Shown here one piece after another: positions 1 to 14,085 of a stretch of DNA of 64,000 nt. Positions within the stretch are counted from its first letter, which is position 1, and each line of letters opens with the position of its first letter. Under the pieces are notes generated by a model. That model saw only the letters and a list, made by a program, of their open reading frames with translations, was not told where the DNA came from and did no database searches. The DNA is taken from the NCBI RefSeq assembly GCF_009914755.1, contig NC_060947.1, one strand, 5' to 3'. The stretch is from the human T2T-CHM13v2.0 reference genome, Homo sapiens. Position numbers and translations under genes: made by a program.

Positions 1-64
1 GCTCTGGTAGAGATGCATCTGGTCAAACTTTCTTTTTTCCTTTTCAATTTATTTATCGATTGTG

Positions 65-361
65 TTGTATTTTATTTTATTATTATTATTTTTTGAGACA
101 GGGTCTCCCTTGTCACTGGCTGGAGTGAAGTAGTGTGATCTTGGCTTACTGCAGCCTCAACTTCCTGGGCTCAAGCAATTCTCCCGCTTCAGCCTCCCGG
201 ATAGCTGGGAATACAGACATGCATTTTTGTATTTTTTTGTTTGTAGAGATGGGTTTTCACCATGTTGCCCAGGCTGGTCTTGAACTCTTGGGCTCAAACG
301 ATCTGCCTGCTTTCACCTTCCAAAGTGTTGGAATTGCAGGGGTAAGCTACCATGTCCGGCC
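65..361 (-). mobile_element. Alu (old, AluJ-like) inserted in ERVL internal sequence
   Basis: Antisense Alu body (gagacagggtctc...cctgggctcaagc...ccggcc) with a T-rich/TTA tail. Confidence 0.9.
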
Positions 362-3300
362 TGAAATTTCTTTACAACCATGGTTAATGGGCACTCCTTT
401 AAAGTCGTCCCAAGTCCTTGGTAGGGTGCCAGCCCTGTACTTACCTCAACTGAATTAAGTTTCCTAAAAGCTTGAGGAAAAACCTTTACCCACCAAGGCA
501 AGGTATTGAATTATGAAAGTGCCCAAAGTTGTTCCTTGAAAATGCCATTTTTTCCTATCAATCAACCCTTCCACTTGGGGATTGTATGGCAAGAAAAATC
601 TCCAGTCTATATCTCTTTCATGTTCCCAATCTTGTACCTTACGTTCAGTGAAATGCTCACGTCAGTTGCTATTAATGCAACGAGGGTATTTATCCATGAC
701 ACTGGGCTGCCCCAAGCATTTAATGGTGGCTGTTTGGTTTGTCATTTTTGCAAAGAAATGTGTGTAACAATCCCATGGCAATGTCTACACGTGTTGGTGC
801 ACACTTTTGTCCCAAGTTTACTGGCAGGAGTTTGATGTAGTCTACCTGCTAGCCTCTCACATGGCTGGACATCTTATGAATTTGTCCAGGTGTATGTGGG
901 ATGTGGCAGGGGAGCCGTCTGTTACTTGTGACACTAAATCTACATAGTGGAGAGGCATATCTGCTCCTTTGGATATCTGCCAGCCCACACGTGTACTGCA
1001 ATGTTTATGTACCCAATTAGCTAGCTCAAATGACTGCAAGAGAGCCAGCATTCTAATATTCGCTATAGTATCTGCCTCCATGTTACTGAGAGGTGAATCT
1101 GACCAGTGTGCTGAAACATAATACACATTTAGCCTCATGGTGGGTTCTTGTAGCCTTTCAAATATCTTTCCACATAGCAGCTCCTCATAAGGGTTTATTG
1201 AGGACATACCAGTCATCTCGGTCCCACTGGGCAAGCCAAGTGGAAAGATTCTTAAATACAGCCCAACTGTTTGTACAGAGGACTATAAGCCATAACTCCT
1301 GGGTACAAACCAACCACAGCCCAGAGTTCTGCCCATTGACTGCTTTTCTGTGCTACCATTTCAAACCATATGGTATCTGTCTGTGGTTGTACAGGTACTG
1401 CCTTGTATATACAAGGGTTACTTCAGCTGCACCCATCTGAGGACCAAGTGACCCCTAGGAACTTTACAGCTGGTCCTGGGCCTTGTATCTTTTATGGATT
1501 GATGGCTCATCCTCTGGATTGGAGACAGGAACACAATAAGTCAAGGTGTTGTCATAGCAATGACAAGTCTTCGGAGGTCAGCATAACATCACCAATGTAA
1601 TGAAACTATTTTACAATAGTGGGTGGTGGACATATAGTTAAATCTCCAGGAATCAATCCATATCAAATAGTGGGGCCATGTAGATTTCCCTGAGGCAACA
1701 ATTGGAATGTCCATTGCTGGTCATTCCAAGTAAAAGCAAATTGATCCTGTGAGTCAGGATGTAAAGGGATACTGAAGAAGGCATTGACTAGACCTAATGC
1801 AGTAAGTTAAGTGCCTATAGTTTGTATTCGTTTTCCTATCAGCTGAGTTATATAGACACTGCAGCATACATTTTGGGAGCCAGCTTATTTAATTCCTGGT
1901 AGTCTATCATTGTGTACCAGGTGCCATCAACTTTCTCCACTGGTCATGTGGAAGTACTAAATGGGCTCTGGAGTGGTGGAATCATATTAGCTTTGGCCAG
2001 CTCCTGTACAGTGGCTGTAATTTCTTCCATCTCACCAGGAAGACGGTGGTGTTTCACATTAGAAACATGCCATGAGGGAAGGAAATACACAGATTTCCCT
2101 TTTGCTTCCCCTTTTTAAATATCTTTCACTACCCAAATTGTAGGTAAAATTTCCTCACAGATGTTTGTAAAGGACATCCTAAAAGGACATCCATACCTAA
2201 GATATTCTCTGGAATTGGTGAAATAAAGACAGTATAGTAACTAAGGAAGTACTGAACTCTGCCTAATACTAAGGGGGAAAGAAGTTTGCTTCCCTCAGAT
2301 TGTTCATCCCCCATAATCATCTACAGCTGCCCACTTGCCAGGGTGGTTTTCTGTACTTCCATAAATTATGGTACTAAAGCTAAGGTTCTCTGCTTGTTTG
2401 GGGGGGTACCAATGGTTTGTGAGCTCCACATGGGGCCTCTGGTCAGCCCCTACGGCTTGCACATGGAGGAAAACTTGATCACACCCCTAGTCTCTAGGCT
2501 GGGAGGAGTCTGCCCCTGGAATGCAGAGACTGGAATTCTTTCACCTGGGGTTTCTTTTCCTTCTTCTTCCTCCTCTGACAGGGCACAGGAGATGGTCCTA
2601 AGCTGCTGAGCAGGAGTTAAGTCTTTCCGAATGTCCACCAATAATGGCATTAGGTTGCCAAACTATATTTTCTTTGACTACCCAAGCTGAGATGAGATCA
2701 TACCATATTTGCTTTCTGATAACCTTAACTGGGCCTTTTAGACGTCCCTTTTTTAGTCCAACAAACTTAGAATCTTATTTCTTTTCTTTTTCCCTGGTAA
2801 CCAGTTGGACCTTCTATTTTCAATTTTTCCAAGATCAGTTATAGTTTCCCCCACATCATACACATCTTATCCCACAAGGAAGCTCAAGAGAGATATGAGG
2901 GGACCCTGTCAATCGGGTGGGTGTGGGGGTAAGCACTTTTTAACAAGTTATATTTCATCCCACAGTAAACACTACCTTATCCGGTCCTGCAAATTACTTT
3001 GAATAGATTGTCTGGCGCAAGCCCAGCTCTCTTAAATTGCTCTGCACTTTCTCCAGAGATTGACATAAGACCGTGATTACCCTCAACAGTTCTAGCATTG
3101 TGCAAATCCTGTCTTAAATCAGGATGAGTAGCTACATTGCTCATTTTTTTTCAGCTTAACTCCCTGTTAGGGAGAAGCCTTCTCCACCAATGTGCCACAG
3201 ATGCACCATTAATGTAGTACATTAATGGTGATGCATTAATTAACATTAATGTAGTGAGCTTTCTTTCAGCAGCTGTTTACAGGTTTCTGCCATGTCTAAC

Positions 3301-4017
3301 AGTACTGCCAAGGTGTAGTCTCAGATAGTTAAGGTTTCCCTGGAAACTCTGTTCATTATTGCCCAGTTGCATGTGTTGGGCCTTTGCTTTCCACTGCATG
3401 AGTGGTCTTGCTCTCAAGAGGGGAAGAAAGTTATCTTTCTTCTCCTCTGAGATTATCTCTATGTCTTCAGCTCACTAAATAGTTGCTTCAACGGAATTCT
3501 AAGTCTTAGCATTCCAGTCTGGTTTAGCAAAGATAGCTCACCTCTGTCTGTGCACCTGCCTCCCTCCCAGTGGCACAAATCAAATAGGCTACAGTTTCCA
3601 GCTGTGCTTTATGAGCTTCAAGTTTGTCCACCAAACTCGACACTAACATAGACATGGAGGTTCACATATCTTTTTTTAATTGTAATTCTTTATCTATCTT
3701 TCCTACCCTCATTCTTCTGCTAATTGTGCTTCCATGGCCATTCGTACAGCACAAAACACAACCATCCCACTTTCGCCACCACCTAGCAGCTTTCCTTACT
3801 CCAGTGGGTCATGTGGCTTTCCACTCACAAGCATTCTAGGCCCTCTGGCATTTTTAGGGCATCATCATATACACACAGTGGTCCACGGGAATATAGCAAA
3901 TGGACAACACCACACCACATAGATGAGGAGGGCCACCCCAGGATTTTTCCCTCGGACGCTTCTTACCACTTGTCCATACTTTGGTTCTCAGGTTCCTGGT
4001 GAGATTGACACTTACTC
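362..4017 (-). mobile_element. Class III (ERVL-type, possibly ERVL47-like) proviral internal region; decayed gag-pro-pol
   Basis: Minus-strand translation gives RT motif LVNAFFSIPLHPDSQDQFAFTWNDQQWTFQLLPQG (~1689-1797), degenerate YIGD (1588-1599), protease-type ENILGMD (ORF 2129-2320), and RNaseH/integrase-like YVSAH...WVHKH (ORF 857-1234). Confidence 0.85.
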
Positions 4018-4453
4018 TGTGAAAGCTGCATATATATAAAATGATCCCCAAACACAGAAGGAGCCAAGAAACCAAGGCAGAAAAGTTCAGTTTATCATTA
4101 TAATTTGATTTTATTGAGAAACTTATGGACGGAAGTGTAGTCTTGAGTGGTTGCAAGACAGGTACATCTCCACATCATCACCTCTCAGACCCAGGGATGA
4201 TATACCATGAGGGAGGGTGACACATCCTTCAGAGAGAAAGTGTAGAAATTTGCCCTAAGGGCAGGGTTTATAGTAAGCAGGAGTTTATCAAGGTTGATTT
4301 GCTCTAAGGGCAGGATTTATAGTGAGTACATGCTCTTACAAAAGGAACAATAGATAAAGTGGAAACATCAAAGGCATTCTCCAAACCTGGATTAATTAGA
4401 AGTCAATATGGTGAAATAGTTTCCAAGATGTAGTTACTTTAGCCTCTCCAACA
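4018..4453 (-). mobile_element. 5' LTR of the ERVL provirus (LTR47-like)
   Basis: Minus strand begins TGTTGGAGAGGCTAAAGTAACTACATCTTGGAA, resembling the recalled LTR47 start; lies directly upstream of gag; inner boundary approximate. Confidence 0.65.
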
Positions 4454-4892
4454 CACAATAGAAAAAGAACAGTCTCTTCAATAAATGGTTTTGGGAAAAC
4501 TGGATATCCACATGCAGAGGAAAAATACTAGGTCTCTATCTCTCACCATATATAAAAATAATAAAATCAAAATTACTTGAGCACTTAAATGTAAGACCTG
4601 AAAATATGAAACTACTAGAAGAAAACATCGAGGAAATTCTCTAGGACATTAGTCTGGGCAAATATTTCTTGACTAAGACCTGAAAAGCACAGGCAATGGA
4701 AGCAAATATTGACAAATGAAATCACACCAAGCTAAAAATATTCTGTACAGAAAAGGAAATAATTTAAAAAGTGAAAAGACAATTCACAGAATGGAAGAAT
4801 ATCTTCACAAACTACCCACCTCACAAGGAATTATTGACCAGAATATATAAAGAGCTCAAACAACTTAATATAAAAAATAAAATAAGAATCCA

Positions 4893-5208
4893 GGCCAAGT
4901 GCTGTGGCACATGCCTGTAATCCCAGGACTGTGGGAGGCTGAGGCTGGCAGATCACTTGAGGCCAGGAGTTCGAGACCAGCCTGGCCAGCATGGTGAAAC
5001 CCCATCTCCACTAAAAATACAAAAATTAGCCAGGAGTGGTGGCACTCCCTTGTAATCTCAGCTACTCAGGTGGCTGAGGCATGAGAACCCAGGAAGCTCT
5101 GTTCATTGAACCCAGGAAGCGGAGGTTGAACCCAGTGAGCAGAGGTTGCAGTGAGCTGAGATCATGCCACTGCACTCCAGCCTGGGTGACAGAGTGAGAC
5201 TCTGTTTC

Positions 5209-5225
<17 letters not shown>
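4893..5225 (+). mobile_element. AluS with internal duplications, followed by (TA)n(CA)n
   Basis: Dimeric Alu with poly-A tail; microsatellite at ~5226-5260. Confidence 0.92.
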
Positions 5226-5260
<35 letters not shown>

Positions 5261-5744
5261 CAATTAAAAGATGGGCAAAATATCTGGATAGACATTTCTT
5301 AAAATAAGACACACAAATGTCAAAGAGGTGTAAGAAAAAGTGTTGAACACCATTAATCACATCAGATAAATGAAAATCAAAAGTAAAGTGATATGTCATC
5401 TTACTTCTGTTTAAAAGGCAGACAATAATGTCAAAGAAAAAAAAAACAGGCAATAATGGTTGCTAGCAAGAACATGAAGAATAGCGAACTCTCATACACT
5501 GTTCATGGGAATGTAAATTCATAAGCCAGTATGGAGAAGAGTATGGTGCTCCTCAAAAAACTAAGAATAGAACTACCATATGATTCAGCAATCCCACTGC
5601 TAAGTATATATTCAAAAGAAAGGAAATCAGTATATGAAGGAGATATGGGTACTTCCATGTTTATTGCAGCGCTATTCACAATAACCAAGTTATGGAATCC
5701 ACCTAAGTGTACATCAACAGATGAATGGATTTTTTAAGATATAG

Positions 5745-6861
<1,117 letters not shown>

Positions 6862-7416
6862 AAGATATAGTGCATATACACAAATAAATATTATTCAACC
6901 ATAAAAAATAAAATCTTATCAATTGCAACAACATGGATGGAACTGAAGGACATTATATTAAGTTAAAAAAAAAGCAGGCAAAAAAGACAAATATCGCATG
7001 TCCTCACCTATATGTTTGAACTAAAATAGTTGATCTCATGGAGATAGGGAGTACAGTGATGGTTACCAGAACCTGAGAAAGGTAGATAAGAGGAAAGGAT
7101 AAAAAGGAATTGGCTAATGGGCACAAAAATACAGTTTGATAGAATAAATAAGATCTTATGTTTGGTAGCACATTAGGGTGAATATAGTTAAAAATAACTT
7201 GGTGTATATTTCAAAATAATTTAGGAAAGTGGAATTGGAATGTTTCTAACACAATAGATAATAAATGCATGAGGATATTCCAATTACTATTTAATATTCC
7301 ATTACCCAGGAAATGAATATCCCAATTATTATGATTCGATCATTTCATATTGTATGCTTGCATCAAAACATAACATTTACCTCAAAAATTTGTACTGTTA
7401 GGTATCCACAGAAATT

Positions 7417-7496
7417 TATATATATATATATGAATATATATAAACACACTATCTATCTAGTGTGTGTGTGTGTGTGTGTGTGTTGTGTGTGTGTAT
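7417..7496. repeat. (TA)n / (TG)n microsatellites
   Basis: Direct dinucleotide runs. Confidence 0.9.
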
Positions 7497-8369
7497 ACTA
7501 TACAGGCTTTATCATTCAATAGATATATTAGACAAATAACTTTTCCATTCTGAACTCCAATTTATACCTTGTAAAACACCAAGGAAAATGTTGTGTCGTA
7601 ATGTAATTATGATATGCAAAGAAAATAATATGAATGTTCATTGCATAAACTAGAAAGTGTTGTATACATGTAAGGTTGTGTTTTTGATGCCGTTTTTCTT
7701 CTAAAATTCTGTATACAGAGTCAACACAAAAATGTTTCTTGAATTAATTATATAATTACAGGACATAATTTTATTGACGATATAACTATGACAGTTTCTC
7801 GCATCATGATGTTGTCTTCTAATTCTCTTGTAGTTAATTACTTTTTTTACACTGTGAGATAGACTTGAGTTAAAATCACTACAGCCCTGTCAATTCTAGC
7901 TGATTATGTGTGAGAAAAAATATAATTTTTCAGAAATGAAAAATTGGTAATAATTACAGAGTTAGAGATCTGAAGAAGTAAAAAGCACATGTAACTCTAT
8001 TATAGTAAACTTGAACATTTCAATCAAATGGACAATTTCTACAAAACTAAAAGTGAGCAAACACAAATATATAAATAACCATGAAATAAATTTATAAATG
8101 TTAAAAATCTATTTTAGTTATTCTTGATTTCTCTCTCAAACAGCTTTCACTCACTAAGAAAATCCTGTTTTTTCTGTCTTCAAAGTATATCCAAAATATA
8201 ATTAGCTCTCTCAACCTCAATTCCTGCCACCCAGATCCAAGCCATCATCATATCTAGCCTAGAATTTTGCATAATAGCTTCTTAATTGGTCTCACTGCTA
8301 CATACTTTCTTCCCTTCAATGTATCCTCAACAAAATAGCAGAGAGAACTTTTCAAAACATAATTGTCAG

Positions 8370-10745
8370 TCAAGATAGAGTAACAAGAATCAGATTAGTC
8401 CTCCTGCCTCAGGCAAGAGGAAACCAGAAAAATGTTAATCAGGTTTTCAGGCATTGGAAAACAGATGACACAGAAATACAAACTCTGAAAGATGACAACA
8501 AAGTAAGCACTAATTATTTCATCAGTTTATTTCCTGTAAGCAGTGTCTAGGCTACATCTGAGACAGGAGTAACCCATTCAGGGTCTGCGGTCTTGCTGAA
8601 CTAAGGAGATGCAAATAGAAACCTGGTAAGAAAACTTGAAAGGGTTAGAAATTTGCAGCACAGATTACTGGAGAATAGGGAAGTACACAAAGAGAGTGAA
8701 AGAGCTTGGGAGAGATGCATAGTGGAATCCTCACATGTTTGGCTGAGTACTTATCTATGCACGCATGCCTGAAAATTACCTGAAATATTGAAAAGAACAA
8801 CCAAAAGGGAGTAGGCAAACCAATTACTAAAATCCACACAGATGTATAAATAGGTCCTGCTTCCACAAATCAGAGGAGAAAGATTCATATGTCATAGGTT
8901 TGAATCCTTAGAATGGTATTATATTAGTAGTCAGGCTAGATTAGCTTAGACCTAAGATTGCTATGAACCACATCTAACAAAGATAGAATGAAGCCTTGAA
9001 AGAATTCAATTAATTCTAAGTAACTCATCTGGAAGCCAGAGCAAAATCCAACACTATTTTGTAGATAGAATAAATTCTACTAACCAAAAGGTAAATCTCC
9101 CTGGTATGCAAAGAAGCAGGAAAATATGACCCATTACTCATATTAACGAGAAAAATATCAATCAACAGAGAAATCCAGAAATAATAGAGATGATTGAACT
9201 AACATCCAGGGATGTTAAAGCAATTATAAATTCTTATATAGAATACATACTTTTCATGTGTTTAATAAGCTAGACAAATATATTAGCATGATGAGGAGAA
9301 AGAATAAAAAAGTGCTAGATGAAACTTGTGAAGGAAAAAAATGCAATAACTGAAATGAAAAATACACTGGATGCTATTACAAGCAAGTTAGATTTTGCAG
9401 AAAAAAATCAGAAAACTTTAAAACATAGAAAAAATTATTTGAATTGAAGCACAGAGAGAAAAAAAGTGAAACATGAACATAAGTAGAGCATGAGTGAGCT
9501 ATGGGACAATATTAAGCTACAATAATGGCTAGGAATTTTCTGAATTAAAGAAATATATAAACTCACAAATTTTAGAAATTTAGGCTGGGCGCGGTGGCTT
9601 ATGCCTGTAATCCCAGCACATTGGGAGGCTGAGTCAGGCAGATCATGAGGTCGGGAGTTCAAGACCAGCCTGGCCAACATAGTGGAACTCCATCTCTACT
9701 AAAAATACAAAAATTAGCCGGGTGTAGTGGTGCACGCCTGTAGTCCCAGATACTCTGGAGGCTGAGGCAGGAGACTTGCTTGAACCCAGGAGGCGGAAGC
9801 TGTGGGGAGCCGAGATGGTGCCGCTGAACTCCAGACTGGGCAACAGAGCGAGACTCCATCTCAAAAAAAAAAAAATGAAATTTAACAGACTCCAAGGAAA
9901 ATAAGCCTAAGGATTCAAACCAAGACACTTAATAACATTGCTTAAAACCAGTGATAAATAGAATTTTTAATAACAGCCAGAACTACATGACTCATGACAT
10001 ACAGGGGAACACAGATAAGAATGACAATGGACTTTTACTAGAAATTATAAAGACAAGAGATGGTAGGGATACATCTTTTCAGTGCTGAAAGAAAAACAAA
10101 ACTACCAACATAGATTTTTTTTTTTATCCAACAAGAATATCAAAAGTGAAAGCGAAATAAAGACATTTTCATTGTGTTTATATTTCCAGTGACAGAATAC
10201 ATTACCAGCACACTAGTATTAGAAGAAATTTTAAAGGAAGTCTTCAGACTAAAGAAGAATTGATACAAAATTAAAATTGTATCTACACAAAGAAAGAAAC
10301 AGCCCTAAAATGCTAAATGTGTGGGACATATAAAATATCTTTTTTACACATTTTAAAAACCGTATCAAAGATAATTGACCATTTAAAGCAAAAACAATAA
10401 TTACGCACTGTGGGAATTTTAATGAAACATAAAGAATAGAACAAAAACAGAAAGGTAGAAAATAAAAATATACTATTTTCAGGTTTTTTTAAACTATACT
10501 TTAAATAACATGCTAGTATTTAAAGGTAGACAGTAATGAACTAAAAATGTAATGTTGTAAGCCTAAAGCAACCAAAAATTAATGAATGACAGCTAGCGAG
10601 CTAACAGTGGAAAGAAATTAGAATCATAAAAAATTGTTGAAGAGAAAGCAAGTTAAGAGAAAAACTGAAACCAAGAGCAAATGGGACAAATAGAAAATAA
10701 ATAGCAACATAGTAGGTCAATGGATTTGCATTTAAACCTACTATG
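8370..10745 (+). mobile_element. Old L1M (L1MC/MD/ME-type) 5' region/ORF1 fossil
   Basis: A-rich ORF1-like sequence (aatgcaataactgaaatgaaaaatacactggatg, gagctatgggacaatattaag). Confidence 0.7.
9583..9875 (+). mobile_element. AluS (Sg-like)
   Basis: Full dimer with poly-A; flanking gaaattta repeat as TSD. Confidence 0.92.
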
Positions 10746-10827
10746 TGCTATTCATTATCTATTTTGTGCTACTACACAAAATTAAAATGATGTAAACTCT
10801 GCAATTCAATGTTGAAAATTGTCTTGA

Positions 10828-10905
10828 GCATTCACTGATTTTGGTATCCTCATGGGTTCTCGAACTAATTCCTCTCCCGATACTGGATAGTAAGGGAAGG
10901 CCGTA
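10828..10905 (+). mobile_element. MER2 (Tigger) terminal fragment
   Basis: gattttggtatcctcatgggttctcgaactaattcc resembles the MER2 end. Confidence 0.55.
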
Positions 10906-11343
10906 TTTGTCCTGTCTTATAGCTCTCTGGAAAGTCCCCATTTACAGAATATTGTTATTAGACCTGAGCTGCTGAAGTCCTGCAGTTTTCTAATAGGCTC
11001 TACATGACCTGACCTAAATTCTGCCTCTGCCCCTCTTTTCCTCTCTGACCTCATCTACTGCTACTCTAACTCTTTCTCACTATGCTGTAGCCACACTGGT
11101 CTTCTTACATTCTGTAGAACATGTATGCCATCGTTCCCTCCTAAGGACCTTAGCATTTTCTGTCTCTTCCAGCCAGCAAATTTTCCCCAGATACCTCATT
11201 ACCTCCATGCCTCATCTCAAAATTCACCTTATTAGAGAAGTCTTCTTTGACCATTGTATTTAAAATTGCAACCCTTCCTCCACCATTGTCATACACTATG
11301 CCCCTTTTCAATTTCGTTTTTCTCTATAACACATATCGGCATA

Positions 11344-11716
11344 CGGTATGATCTGAATGCATGTGTCTCCTGTCTCCCCAAAATTCATATGTTGAAATCC
11401 TAACCCCCAATGTGGTGGTATTAGGAGGTGGGGACTTTGAGAGGTGATTAGGTCACAAGGGCAGAGCCCTCATGAATTAAGTTAGTGCCCTTATGAAAGA
11501 GAACCCAGAGAGTTTCCTGACTCTTTCCACCATGTGAAGACACAGCAAGGATTTGGCAGTCTGCATCCTGGAAGAGGGCTTTCACCAGAATGCAATCATC
11601 CTGGCTCTCTGATCATGGGTTTCCCAGTTCCTAGATCTGTGAGAAATACATTTTTGTTGGTTATAAGTCACCCAATTTAAGGAATTTTTGTATAACAGCC
11701 TGAACAGACTAAGACA
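11344..11716 (+). mobile_element. MLT1A-type MaLR solo LTR
   Basis: aaattcatatgttgaaatcctaacccccaatgtggtggtattaggaggtgggg...gactaagaca. Confidence 0.88.
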
Positions 11717-11892
11717 TCATCTGACATAGTGTATAATTCACTTAATTTTGTTGATTATCTCCCCCCATCAGAATATGAGCTCCTTGCAGTTAAAACTTTT
11801 GTTTTTCTGCTCCATCTCCAGAACTCAAAAGAGTATTTGGCACAAAGGAGATTCCAATAAATATTTGTTGAATTAATTCAGTAATTTCTCTG

Positions 11893-12003
11893 TTTTCAAA
11901 CATATAGAACATGCAGTATAGACTTTCAAACTTATAGAGCACGTATATTTTCAAACTTATACAGCAATGTATTTTCTAACTTATAGAGCATGCAATATAG
12001 ACT
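11893..12003. repeat. Imperfect minisatellite, 4 units of ~25-30 bp
   Basis: Repeated core tttcaaacttatagagca. Confidence 0.8.
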
Positions 12004-12494
12004 TGCTTAACCCTACAAAAATAATTAGCAAAATCGCATCTCTCTCATATATCCACTTATTGTACCTATGCACATCAAATTTAAATATTACATGCCAAAA
12101 TCTACACTAATAGCACTAAAAGTCATTTCACCAATGACTGATACAATTGCCAAATTAAATTCCAATCTAAGTCTTTGATCCATCAAATACTTTTGATAGA
12201 GTTGATTGCTTCCTTGTTAAAATATTTTCTTCATTGGCTTCTAGGACATCAAATCTACTCTCCTATTTTTCTCATAACTCATTGCCACTTTCTTGGTCTG
12301 TTTTTTCTTTTTTTTTATCCTTCTCCTTTATTTTTTAAACCTCTAATTGTTAGAGTGCTCCGAGGTGCATCCCAGGACTTCTTATTTCTATTTACTCCCT
12401 CTTTCTAGGTGAGGTCACTGAGATCTATGACACAAATCACAACCTTCCGCTGACAACTCAAATTCTGGTTCCAGCAAGTGCCATTCATCGCAAA

Positions 12495-13722
12495 TCTCTT
12501 TCTCTGGAGAACCATGACGAACACAGATTTTGGTACCTAGAATTTTTCTAGAGGAGCATAATTTTAAGAGTTTTCTGAATTGGTTCTGGGTTTTCTAGAA
12601 TTAGCTTGCTAATCTGACTAGATTTTAAGATGCTCATGACTCTATTTTCAATAATGAAGAAAGCATTGATAGCCCATGGTACAAACTGTTTACAGAGACA
12701 TGGAAAATACTTATATTAGATACTTCTAATAAACTACTTATAAGAAGTAAGGAGCTATGTGACTTTGTATATAATACCTTCAAACATTTTTGAAAAGCTA
12801 ACCAGTATAATGCCACTGGTTGGTTGCTCCTAATGTCACTAGAAAAGTGGTGAAAGAAAATAATGAGCTCAGGTATTTTAATTCTCAGCTCAAGACCCAC
12901 ATAAAGGACCTAAACTCTTCTCTGGATACCCTGAAAGAAACCCTTACCCCCTGTAGTTGCAGAGCTGAAATTCTTGAAAATCAAACACTGAACCTTGTTC
13001 AGTGACTGGCTGAATTAAAACCAAGTGTAGCCTCCAGCCTGTAAGGGTATCTATAGTTACAGTGAGGAAATTGATTGGGAAAGAATGGAATTCTATAAGT
13101 TAGGATCCGAATATATTGGAAGATATTGATGAAGCTGGGCATACTGAACCCTTAAATTCTGATGAGTTTTGTTTGTTTTTGGAAGCGATCTCCCCATCCC
13201 CAGTGGAAGTGACCTCCCTACTACTAGTCGTGGCGGCATCCTCACCCATGGTCTGAGCAGCCTTTCCACTTCCATTTAAGAGAATTAACTCTCCATTGCC
13301 TGAGCAAACTCTAATGTCCTCTCCTGAGGCAGTAGCCATGAAAGACAGTGGTGATTATCCTCATAACCCATCCCCATCATCCCTCTTTCTTTTCCAAGTC
13401 CCAACAGTTCCTAAAAGTGAGGTACAAAGTGTGACTCATGAGGAGATGTGCTACACTCCAAAATAACTATTTGAGTTTTCTAATTTATACAGGCAAAAAT
13501 CCAGAGAGCATATGTGGGAGTGGATATTAAAGATGTTGGATGATATGTGGAAGGAACATAAAGTTGGATTGGGCCAAGTTTATTGACAAGGGCTTACTAA
13601 TCAGAGATTCTGCCTTTAGCATTGCAGCTCAGGGAGTTAGAAAAGGCTCAATTTGTTTCATTGGTTTGCTGAAACATGAACCACAAGGTGGCCCACTGTG
13701 AGTGAATTGGAAATGCCTGACA
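12495..13722 (+). mobile_element. End of an MLT2 LTR plus HERVL/ERVL internal (leader and gag) fragment
   Basis: ctctggagaaccatgacgaacaca followed by gattttggtacc (typical HERVL-int start); gag-like gagcatatgtgggagtggatattaaag. Confidence 0.85.
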
Positions 13723-14082
13723 TGTGTCAAACTAAATAACAAAGAGAGAGAGAGAGTCTCCAAAGATAATGAGTTTACTTGAGAGTGTGCAGGGGATTTG
13801 AAAATCTGGAATATGTGCTATGGGGACCATAGGCATATCAAAATAGGTTGAGGCAAGAAGAAGATTTAAAGTCAAAAGTAGGAGTACATGTAAGTTGTAT
13901 TGTGATAAAAGAACATTGGTTACAGGGGCTAATCACAGGAGTTGAAGTCACTTCGTTAGTGGAGACACTGTGCCAGGCAAATGTTCATGTGCATCTGGCT
14001 AGCTGTCCTTGTGATTCATGTAGCAAGCTGAAATTTGGAACGTCCTTGGCAATAGTTTTGGTTATGAGTATATGTGCATAAA
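13723..14082 (-). mobile_element. ERV1 LTR fragment (MER67-like)
   Basis: tgtcaaactaaataacaaagagagag start resembles the reverse complement of the recalled MER67 end. Confidence 0.5.
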
Positions 14083-14085
14083 GGC

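Larger units (their letters stand above)
8145..11878 (+). mobile_element. L2a 3' region split into pieces (8145-8368, ~10906-11343, 11717-11878)
   Basis: L2 motifs ccaagccatcatcatatctagcctag and tgtagccacactggtcttct, terminal aataaatatttgttgaattaat; pieces collinear across later insertions. Confidence 0.7.

Noticed and set aside
11893-12003. CRISPR-like repeat-spacer array
   Set aside because: No unique spacers, units are degenerate, and the context is primate
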